The notes under the pieces were generated by a model. That model had not been told where the DNA came from. It made no database searches and worked only from the letters and a program-made list of their open reading frames with translations. A stretch of DNA of 32,000 nucleotides from Pirellula staleyi DSM 6068 (GTDB lineage: Bacteria; Planctomycetota; Planctomycetia; Pirellulales; Pirellulaceae): contig CP001848.1 of assembly GCA_000025185.1 (NCBI GenBank), forward strand, positions 3,510,001-3,542,000, in the 5' to 3' direction. Of this stretch, positions 14,967 through 22,301 are shown in pieces. Made by a program: the position numbers and the translations under genes. The stretch's first letter is position 1; every line of letters begins with the position of its first letter.

Positions 14967-16241
14967 ATGCTACGGTATACGATCTTCGTCGTTGGTCTGC
15001 TGGGAGCGTGCATCGCGAACGCCGATGAACCGGCTCCTGCTGCAAGTTCGACTCCTGCAACTGCCTCTACGGAAGCAGCACCTGCGCCGAGCCTGATCAC
15101 ACGCGGCGTGCTTTTGGCACCGAAGGCGTTTCGCCAGGTGGCGGCGAGCATTCGCCCGTCGCTGGTGATGATCGAGAGCTTTGGTGGTCTCAATGCTGGT
15201 GAAGGTGTTTCGAACCTCGCCGCCGATGGACCAACCACTGGACTCATCATTTCGTCGGATGGTTACATCATCACGAGCACGTTCAATTTTTTGCGCAAGC
15301 CGCCGATCATCACGATCACACTGGCGGATGGCAGACGTAAAGTGGCAACACTGCTTGGGCGCGACGAAACTCGTAAGCTCTGTTTGCTCAAAATCAACGA
15401 TGTTTCGGATCTTCCAGTTCCAACTTTTGCTCCGCGCGAGGAAGTTCGCGTGGGTCAGTGGGCTGTCGCCGTGGGATTTGGTTTCGGTGACAAAGAGCCA
15501 TCGCTTACTGCCGGTATTATTTCGGCTGAGAGTCGCATTTCAGGTCGCGCCTTACAGACCGACGCGAATCTGAGTCCCGCGAACTATGGTGGCCCACTGC
15601 TCGACATCGATGGCCGTTTGCTCGGCATTTGTGTCCCTCTTGCGCCGGGTGCTAAAGATGTGGCTGCTGGTGCTGAGTGGTACGATTCGGGAATTGGATT
15701 TGCCGTGCCGCTGGGTGAGATCGCTCCCATCATCGAAGCGATGAAAGCAGGCAAGACGCTGGTTCCCGGTTACCTTGGCATCCAGCCTGCTCCCTCGGGC
15801 AATCCACCGTCGGGTGCCGAAGTCGGTAGTGTGAAAGAGAAGTCTCCTGCAGAAGCGGCAGGACTGAAGGCAGGGGATAAACTCCTCAAGATTGGCGACA
15901 TTGAAGTGCTTGATGTTGCTCACTTGTCGACGGTGGTCGGACGCTACGTGGCGGGTGATAAGATTACGATTCTCGTCCGCCGAGGCGAACAAGAGCTCAC
16001 GATCGAAGCTGTGCTGGGTGAGGTTCCGCCACCACCTCCTCCGATGCCGATGCCTCAGCCGGGTGAAGCGGCAAAACCTGCTGAAGGGAAGCCAGCCGAG
16101 GGGAAACCTGCTGAGGAAAAGCCTGCCGGAGAGAAACCCGCGGAAGCTCCAGCGGGCGAAGAGGCACCAGCGGAGAAAAAGCCAGTGGAGGCTCCTCCGA
16201 CAGAAGAAGCCCCCACTGAGAATTCGGACTCGCCGAAATAG
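14967..16241 (+). CDS. HtrA-like trypsin-fold + PDZ protein lacking all three catalytic residues, with a C-terminal Pro/Ala/Glu/Lys-rich tail (predicted pseudoprotease, 424 aa)
   Basis: ATG start with signal peptide MLRYTIFVVGLLGACIANA. Fold motifs are kept: TTGLIISSDGYIIT, GQWAVAVG, LDIDGRLLGI. The triad positions are changed: TSTFNF (Phe at 15282-15284 in place of His), KLCLLKI (Lys at 15375-15377 in place of Asp), and ANYGGP (Tyr at 15585-15587 in place of Ser). PDZ-like segment KSPAEAAGLKAGDKLLKIGDIEV. Confidence 0.85.
   Translation: MLRYTIFVVGLLGACIANADEPAPAASSTPATASTEAAPAPSLITRGVLLAPKAFRQVAASIRPSLVMIESFGGLNAGEGVSNLAADGPTTGLIISSDGYIITSTFNFLRKPPIITITLADGRRKVATLLGRDETRKLCLLKINDVSDLPVPTFAPREEVRVGQWAVAVGFGFGDKEPSLTAGIISAESRISGRALQTDANLSPANYGGPLLDIDGRLLGICVPLAPGAKDVAAGAEWYDSGIGFAVPLGEIAPIIEAMKAGKTLVPGYLGIQPAPSGNPPSGAEVGSVKEKSPAEAAGLKAGDKLLKIGDIEVLDVAHLSTVVGRYVAGDKITILVRRGEQELTIEAVLGEVPPPPPPMPMPQPGEAAKPAEGKPAEGKPAEEKPAGEKPAEAPAGEEAPAEKKPVEAPPTEEAPTENSDSPK
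16074..16148 (+). repeat. Degenerate 15-bp (pentapeptide) repeat, 5 units, encoding KPAEG-like units
   Basis: Read in frame: aaacctgctgaaggg, aagccagccgagggg, aaacctgctgaggaa, aagcctgccggagag, aaacccgcggaagct. Confidence 0.7.
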
Positions 16242-16374
16242 CCGCTCTGCCGCTCGCTTGTGGGTGTGATTATCGCGCCAGCTGTTCCGATTAGTTCGAC
16301 TTTTTCTTTAGCGGGCGACCTGTTTCTTGGCCCGCCCGTCCGTCCCCTTGATTGCATGGGGACCCGTATCGATT

Positions 16375-16407
16375 AAACTCGCTCGTGCTTTGTCTTGTGC
16401 GAGTTTT
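16375..16407 (+). terminator. Possible weak intrinsic terminator downstream of the six-gene cluster
   Basis: Inverted repeat AAACTCGC (16375-16382) and GCGAGTTT (16399-16406) with a 16-nt loop. The 3' arm runs into TTTT. It lies 134 nt after the stop at 16241 and upstream of pyc. The long loop and short GC stem make it weak. Confidence 0.3.
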
Positions 16408-16529
16408 CGGCGGAAATGCCCAGCGAAATCGGATCGGCGACAGCGTCGCGACTCGCCTGTTTCATCATCACCTCTCCACGCCGCTGGTCGAGTCAGCTTG
16501 CTGCTCTCCCTGCGCGATCTAGCGATACC

Positions 16530-19500
16530 ATGAAAAAGATTACCAAGCTGCTCGTTGCCAACCGCAGCGAGATTGCGATTCGTGTATTTCGCAGTGCCCA
16601 TGAACTCGGTATTCGTACGGTGGCGATCTATGCCTACGAAGATCGATTCGCTCTGCATCGCTTCAAGGCAGACGAAGCGTATCAAGTGGGTGGCACAGGG
16701 GAACCGATTCGTGCGTATCTGAATATCGCCGCGATCATCGCGATTGCTCAGCAGCACGGTGTCGACGCGATTCATCCGGGCTATGGTTTTCTTTCGGAGA
16801 ATCCCGATCTTGCGCGGGCTTGCGAAAAGGCCGGGATCACCTTTGTCGGCCCGCATGTCGACGCACTCGTCAACCTGGGAGATAAGACCTTTGCTCGCAA
16901 CATTGCGATGAAGGCCGATGTTCCTGTGCTGGGGGGAAGCGATTCGATCACCTCTCCCGAGCAGGGATTGAAACTCGCTGCGAAACTGGGTTACCCCATC
17001 ATTCTGAAAGCGGCTAAAGGTGGTGGTGGTCGCGGCATGCGAGTGGTGGCGAGCGAACGCGATTTTGTGACGCAGCTTGAGCAAGCCCAGCGAGAATCGC
17101 TCTCGGCGTTTGGCAGCCCCGATGTGTTCATCGAAAAATTCATCACTCGCGCTAGTCACATTGAAGTGCAGTTGCTCGGCGACAAGCATGGCAATCTGGT
17201 GCATTTGTGGGAACGAGATTGCTCGGTTCAGCGGCGGCATCAGAAGGTGGTCGAAATCGCTCCTGCGCCGAATCTGCCAGGCGATGTGCGGCAGGCATTG
17301 TGCGATGCTGCGATTCGGATCGGCAAAGCCGTGAAGTATGAAAACGCAGGAACGGTCGAGTTTCTTGTCGATCGTTTATCGGGACAGTTCTATTTCATTG
17401 AAGTGAACCCACGCATTCAGGTCGAACATACGGTGACCGAAGAGGTGACCGGTATCGACATCGTCAAGAGTCAGATTCTGATCGCACAAGGAACACCGCT
17501 GGCTGATCCCGAGATTGGTCTCGCCTCGCAAGAGGGAGTGAAGACCAACGGTTTTGCGATGCAGTGCCGCGTGACGACCGAAGATCCTACGAACAATTTC
17601 ATGCCCGATTATGGGCGGATTTCGCACTACCGTTCAGCAGCTGGGCTCGGTATTCGTCTGGATGCCGGGACAGCATTTTCCGGTGCGACAGTGAATCCGT
17701 TCTACGATTCGTTGCTGGTGAAGGTGAGCGCTCGTGGTCGACGTTTCATCGATGCCGCACATCGTATGGAACGCTGCCTGCAAGAGTTTCGCATTCGAGG
17801 TGTGAAGACCAATATCCCCTTTTTGATTCAGCTCATCACTCACCCGGCGTTCTTGGCGGGTGAATGCACCACACGTTTCATCGACGAAACTCCCGATCTG
17901 TTTGAGCTTCCGCGCCGGCGAAATCGCGCGACACGTTTGCTGAGCTATCTCGGCGAGATTGCCGTGAATGGCAATCCACTCGTGAAGGGTCTCCCCAAAG
18001 CGATGCGGCGCAGTCCTGCGCCGGTTCCAAAATTCGACAACACCGCAGCCGTTCCCGAGGGGAGTCGTGATCGACTCAAAGAACTGGGACCGGAGAAGTT
18101 TGCGCAGTGGATTCTCAAGCAAAAAGCATTGCTGCTGACCGACACGACGTTCCGCGACGCACACCAGTCGCTGCTGGCAACGCGGTTTCGAACGAAGGAT
18201 CTGCTGAATGTTGCCGAGGCCTATGCGCATTTAGCGAGTGACCTGTTTTCGCTGGAAATGTGGGGGGGAGCGACGTTCGATACGTCGATGCGTTTCCTCA
18301 AAGAATGCCCCTGGCAGCGTCTCGCCGATATGCGCGAGAAAGTTCCCAACATCTGTTTTCAGATGCTGTTTCGCGCTTCGAATGCAGTGGGCTACTCGAG
18401 CTATCCGGACAATATCGTGCGCGAGTTCTGTAGTGAAGCGACGGCAGCGGGGATGGATATTTTCCGCATCTTCGACGCGCTCAATTTCCTCCCCAACATG
18501 CGTGTGGCGATGGAAGCAGTGCAGAAGGCAGGTGGTGTTTGCGAGCCTGCGATCTGCTACACCGGCGATATCCTGAATCCAGCGCGATCGAAGTACGACC
18601 TGAAGTACTACGTCGAACTTGCGAAAGAGCTTGAGAAGTCGGGCGCACATATTCTGGCCATCAAAGACATGGCCGGTTTGTGCAAGCCGTACGCCGCTGA
18701 GCTTCTCGTGAAAACGCTGAAGCAAGAGATCGGTATACCGATTCATTTCCACACGCATGACACGGCGGGAATGCAAGCCGCGTCGATTCTGAAGGCGGCA
18801 GAAGTGAAGCTAGACATCGCCGATGGCGCGATGGCATCGATGTCGGGAGGGACAAGTCAGCCGAATCTCAACGCGATCATCGAGGGGCTCCGCTTCGGCA
18901 AGCGTGATACGAATTTATCAGCCGAGCATTTCAGTCAGATTTCCGACTATTGGCAATCGGTGCGCGAGTTCTACACACCCTTCGACGGTGTGATGCTTCC
19001 AGCGACGGCGGAACTTTACAGCCACGAAATGCCGGGTGGTCAGTACACCAATCTCTATCAGCAGGCTCGTGCACTGGGACTCTCGGAGCGATGGCCAGAG
19101 ATCTGCAAAATGTACGCGGAAGTGAATCAACTCCTGGGTGATATTGTGAAAGTGACGCCGACCTCGAAAGCGGTGGGCGATCTCGCTTTGTTTATGGTCG
19201 CGAATTCACTTTCGAGCGAAGACGTGGTGTATGGCGATCGTGAACTCGCGTTTCCTGATTCGGTGATCGATCTGGTGAGTGGCATGATGGGGCATCCACC
19301 AGGTGGTTTTCCCAAAGCAGTGCAGAAGCGAATTCTGCGCGACAAGAAACCTGTGAAAGGACGCCCTGGAGCGAGCCTTCCACCAGCCGATTTCACGGCA
19401 GCTTCGGAGAAAGTGCAGAAGCTGATCGGACGCGAGCCGAGTATGCGTGATGTGCTGTCGTACCTCTTGTACCCGAAAGTTTATGAGGAATTTGCAGCAC

Positions 19501-19970
19501 ATCAGCGTAAGTACTCGAGCACGAGCAATCTCCCGACTCCCGTCTTCTTCTACGGGCAAGAGACTGGTGAAGAGATTGGCGTGGATATCGAAGAAGGTAA
19601 GACGCTGATCATCAAGTTCCTGACGATTAGCGAGCCCCATGCTGATGGGACCCGGACCGTTTTCTTCGAGCTCAATGGTCAGCCTCGTGATGTGACGGTG
19701 ACCGATCTTTCGCTCGAAGCAAGTTCGGCCAAGGCGCTGAAGGCAAATCCAGGCGTTCCAGGGCAAGTTGGGGCTAGCATGCCGGGGATGGTGGTGACGG
19801 TGGCAGTGAGCGTGGGCGATACCGTGGCCAAGGGACAGAAGCTACTTTCGCTCGAGGCGATGAAGATGGAAACGACCGTCAACAGTGAAATAGAAGGTCG
19901 TGTGTCGGAAGTGCTTGTGAAACCTGGCAGCCGCGTGGAAGCGGGCGATCTGATGCTCGTGATTTCGTAG
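16530..19970 (+). CDS. pyc: Pyruvate carboxylase, single-chain (biotin carboxylase + carboxyltransferase + biotinyl carrier domains), 1146 aa
   Basis: The start is taken at the ATG at 16530 (MKKITKLLVANRSEIAIRVFRSAHELGIRTVAIY), which is the canonical biotin-carboxylase N-terminus. ATP-grasp motif KAAKGGGGRGMRVV. Biotin-carboxylase core motif FIEVNPRIQVEHTVTE. The carboxyltransferase TIM-barrel region contains LLLTDTTFRDAHQSL and HFHTHDTAGM. The C-terminal biotinylation motif is SLEAMKMETTV. The track ORF start at 16395 adds 45 residues that resemble no pyruvate carboxylase. Confidence 0.97.
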   Translation: MKKITKLLVANRSEIAIRVFRSAHELGIRTVAIYAYEDRFALHRFKADEAYQVGGTGEPIRAYLNIAAIIAIAQQHGVDAIHPGYGFLSENPDLARACEKAGITFVGPHVDALVNLGDKTFARNIAMKADVPVLGGSDSITSPEQGLKLAAKLGYPIILKAAKGGGGRGMRVVASERDFVTQLEQAQRESLSAFGSPDVFIEKFITRASHIEVQLLGDKHGNLVHLWERDCSVQRRHQKVVEIAPAPNLPGDVRQALCDAAIRIGKAVKYENAGTVEFLVDRLSGQFYFIEVNPRIQVEHTVTEEVTGIDIVKSQILIAQGTPLADPEIGLASQEGVKTNGFAMQCRVTTEDPTNNFMPDYGRISHYRSAAGLGIRLDAGTAFSGATVNPFYDSLLVKVSARGRRFIDAAHRMERCLQEFRIRGVKTNIPFLIQLITHPAFLAGECTTRFIDETPDLFELPRRRNRATRLLSYLGEIAVNGNPLVKGLPKAMRRSPAPVPKFDNTAAVPEGSRDRLKELGPEKFAQWILKQKALLLTDTTFRDAHQSLLATRFRTKDLLNVAEAYAHLASDLFSLEMWGGATFDTSMRFLKECPWQRLADMREKVPNICFQMLFRASNAVGYSSYPDNIVREFCSEATAAGMDIFRIFDALNFLPNMRVAMEAVQKAGGVCEPAICYTGDILNPARSKYDLKYYVELAKELEKSGAHILAIKDMAGLCKPYAAELLVKTLKQEIGIPIHFHTHDTAGMQAASILKAAEVKLDIADGAMASMSGGTSQPNLNAIIEGLRFGKRDTNLSAEHFSQISDYWQSVREFYTPFDGVMLPATAELYSHEMPGGQYTNLYQQARALGLSERWPEICKMYAEVNQLLGDIVKVTPTSKAVGDLALFMVANSLSSEDVVYGDRELAFPDSVIDLVSGMMGHPPGGFPKAVQKRILRDKKPVKGRPGASLPPADFTAASEKVQKLIGREPSMRDVLSYLLYPKVYEEFAAHQRKYSSTSNLPTPVFFYGQETGEEIGVDIEEGKTLIIKFLTISEPHADGTRTVFFELNGQPRDVTVTDLSLEASSAKALKANPGVPGQVGASMPGMVVTVAVSVGDTVAKGQKLLSLEAMKMETTVNSEIEGRVSEVLVKPGSRVEAGDLMLVIS

Positions 19971-20018
19971 TCGTTGATTGGTTCGCTCTCGCGGGGAGCA
20001 ATCGGGTAGCTGAATTCG

Positions 20019-20819
20019 ATGGAACTTGCTGCACTCGAGTCGCTGATCAAACGTGGGCTCATCGCCGATCTGCACTACTTTGCTAAGATCGGCTCGACCA
20101 ATTCGTATGCTCTAAGTCAGGCGGTTGATGACACCCAAAAGTGTCCGCTCCTAGTCGCAGCTCGAGAGCAGACGGCTGGTCGAGGACGTGGCGCCAATCG
20201 TTGGTGGTCGAGTGATGGTTGCCTGATGTTCTCGCTGCTGCTCGACTGCACCGACTGGCTCCCAACCTCGAAATGGCCACTCCTTTCGCTAGTGACCGGC
20301 ATTTCGATCGCTCAGACTATCGAGCAGCTGATCCCGGGGGATGTCGTCGGCGTGAAGTGGCCCAACGATGTTTATCTGGCGGGTCGCAAAGTGGCCGGGA
20401 TCTTGATTGAGACGTCGGCAGCAGCTTCCGGTCGCTTGGTGGTCGGGATTGGACTGAACGTGAACAACTCGGTCGCAACTGCCCCAGCTGATATTCAAGC
20501 CCGTGCTGTTGCACTCGTAGACCGCTCGAGTGCAAGGTGGACACTAGAACTCGTGCTCGAGCGGCTCGTCGAGCGGCTCATCACTAACTGGCAACGGCTT
20601 GGCGAACAGGGTTTCGAGTCGTTCTACCGCGATTGGCCCCGCTACTGCATTCTCTCGGGAGCTATCGTGACGATCCGCCCCCAAGCTCAACATAGTGAGG
20701 CGACTGTTATAGGACGGGCCCTGGGAATCGATGAAGCCGGGTGTCTCGTTGTCGAAACCACTGGTGGTCCGATCCATTTAGCAGGGGGGAGTGTCGAGCA
20801 GTTCAGCTGGCCCAGTTAA
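20019..20819 (+). CDS. birA: Biotin--[acetyl-CoA-carboxylase] ligase, class I (no N-terminal HTH repressor domain), 266 aa
   Basis: ATG start. Motifs GRGRGANRWWSSDG (the GRGRxGRxW type) and VKWPNDVYLAGRKVAGILIE. The protein opens directly with the catalytic domain. It lies 48 nt downstream of the biotin-dependent pyruvate carboxylase. Confidence 0.9.
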   Translation: MELAALESLIKRGLIADLHYFAKIGSTNSYALSQAVDDTQKCPLLVAAREQTAGRGRGANRWWSSDGCLMFSLLLDCTDWLPTSKWPLLSLVTGISIAQTIEQLIPGDVVGVKWPNDVYLAGRKVAGILIETSAAASGRLVVGIGLNVNNSVATAPADIQARAVALVDRSSARWTLELVLERLVERLITNWQRLGEQGFESFYRDWPRYCILSGAIVTIRPQAQHSEATVIGRALGIDEAGCLVVETTGGPIHLAGGSVEQFSWPS

Positions 20820-21240
20820 AGCGGCGTTCGCGCGGGTTTTTGATTGTGTCACTCAGCAGCTGACTGTCGACAGGTAGGCTGACTCGCCGAACCACGGGTG
20901 TTCCAGTTGGATGTATCACGCGGAATAAACGGAATGCCAGTAGCCGCCGATGGTTGGGAAGGCCGGATGTTTTGAAGTTTCTCGTCGACTGCAGCCGATT
21001 CAGATCGTTACGCCCACCTAGGCGAGTTGAGCCGCTGCTCTCCAGCAGTTGCTCGGCCCGATAGGCTTGGGAGTCGTTATGAGAAGCATCCTTCTGCGAC
21101 TGGATTGTTGCAGCGGAGACGGATGTGCGATTGTGGTGGCTGTAGATACCTGCCCGGTCTATAGCTCGAGGAAAATGACGCTGGTGGCAAAGGGATAGCC
21201 GCTCGCGTTACACTAGCGACGTCGAAAAATCGATCCGTTC

Positions 21241-22263
21241 GTGTGCGTTCGAAATCTCCTGGCTAGTTCCACGAACTCGCAAGGCAAGGGGCAGGGTGTG
21301 ACCAAGGACCGTCTCTTTACCACCAAGCAAGTCGCCGATGCGATTGGCGTGAGCGAATCGTCGCTCAAGCGCTGGTGCGATCAAGGATTAGTGACTACGT
21401 GCCGAACCGGCGGTGGTCATCGACGGATTCCCCAAGATGCAGTGGTGGCTTTCCTGCGATCGAGCGGTCATGCGCTGGTGCGTCCCGATGTGCTGCAACT
21501 CCCCGCGCTACCCCAGCGAGGAACATTGCGCTGTGAGACTTTGCGGCCGGTATTTCTCGATGCGATCATTGCTGCTGATCGCGCCAAATGTCGCGAAGTG
21601 ATGCTCAGTTTGTATCTTTCGGGGATCAGCGTCGCTGCGATCTGCGACGACCTGATCACCCCCACCATGTATCGCATTGGCGAACTGTGGGAGTGCGGCG
21701 ACGTCGAAGTGTTCCAGGAGCGGCGTGGTTGCGAAATGTGCGAAGAGGTGATCGGCGATCTGGTGAAGATCATCCCTTCGCCAGCCAGTTCAGCTCCTCT
21801 GGCGATCGGCGCGACGCCGGAGGGAGACTACTACCGGATTGCGACAAAGATGGTCGAGGCGACCCTGAAGGCGGCCGGTTTTCGCGCGATGAACCTGGGG
21901 AGCTCGCTGCCATTTTCGACGCTCGTAGCATCGGTCGAAATGCTACGCCCGACACTGTTTTGGCTGAGTGCTTCGTTCATCGTCGATCACGAAAAGTTCG
22001 TAGCCGACTATCAAGAGTTTCAGCGACAAACGAGTGGTCTGGCCGCGATTGCCGTGGGTGGGCAAGCTCTTACGGCACCGATTCGAACCCGCATTGTCTA
22101 TGCCACGTTTGGCGAAACGATGCGGCATCTCGACAACTATGCACAAACGCTTTTCGCGGTGCAGCAGCGGCACGATCTGCCGGCGGCAAGTGGGGTCGAT
22201 ATCTCAGCGGCTATCGAAACGTCGCATGCCGAAGTTAGCAGCGCGGTCTCGAGTCGGTCGTAA
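21241..22263 (+). CDS. Transcriptional regulator: excisionase/MerR-type HTH fused to B12-binding_2 and B12-binding-like (Rossmann) domains, CarH/LitR-like architecture
   Basis: HTH segment LFTTKQVADAIGVSESSLKRWCDQGLVTTCRTGGGHRRIPQDAVVAFL. Helical-bundle part DDLITPTMYRIGELWECGDVEVFQERRG. Rossmann part PLAIGATPEGDYYRIATKMVEATLKAAGFRAMNLGSSLP ... AIAVGGQAL. The start is ambiguous: GTG at 21241, or GTG at 21298 preceded by AAGGGGCAGG. Confidence 0.75.
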   Translation: MCVRNLLASSTNSQGKGQGVTKDRLFTTKQVADAIGVSESSLKRWCDQGLVTTCRTGGGHRRIPQDAVVAFLRSSGHALVRPDVLQLPALPQRGTLRCETLRPVFLDAIIAADRAKCREVMLSLYLSGISVAAICDDLITPTMYRIGELWECGDVEVFQERRGCEMCEEVIGDLVKIIPSPASSAPLAIGATPEGDYYRIATKMVEATLKAAGFRAMNLGSSLPFSTLVASVEMLRPTLFWLSASFIVDHEKFVADYQEFQRQTSGLAAIAVGGQALTAPIRTRIVYATFGETMRHLDNYAQTLFAVQQRHDLPAASGVDISAAIETSHAEVSSAVSSRS

Positions 22264-22301
22264 GTCACTTGCTCGCGCGGTAGCTCACTTCACCGCTGCT
22301 G

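Noticed and set aside
16311-16335. The GCGGGC/GCCCGC hairpin as an intrinsic terminator.
   Set aside because: The T-run (tttttcttt) precedes rather than follows the stem on the plus strand. The minus-strand version is followed by an A-rich sequence. It is kept only as part of the structured-leader observation.
20820-20845. A possible terminator after birA (aaagcggcgttcgcgcgggttttt).
   Set aside because: Only about 3 contiguous base pairs around a TTCG loop can form before mismatches. The T5 run alone is not sufficient.
21079-21198. A small 39-codon ORF (MRSILLRLDCCSGDGCAIVVAVDTCPVYSSRKMTLVAKG) with GGGAG 5 nt upstream, in the 421-nt birA/regulator intergenic region.
   Set aside because: It uses codons that look rare in the confident genes of this window (aga, agg, gta, tat). 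It has no recognisable motif. Its length is within chance expectation for this GC content. Ribosome profiling or conservation analysis would be needed to revive it.
20820-21240. A cobalamin riboswitch upstream of the B12-binding-like regulator.
   Set aside because: I could not find a B12-box-like core or the expected multi-stem arrangement by eye. Regulators of this family are not normally riboswitch-controlled. An Infernal scan would settle it.
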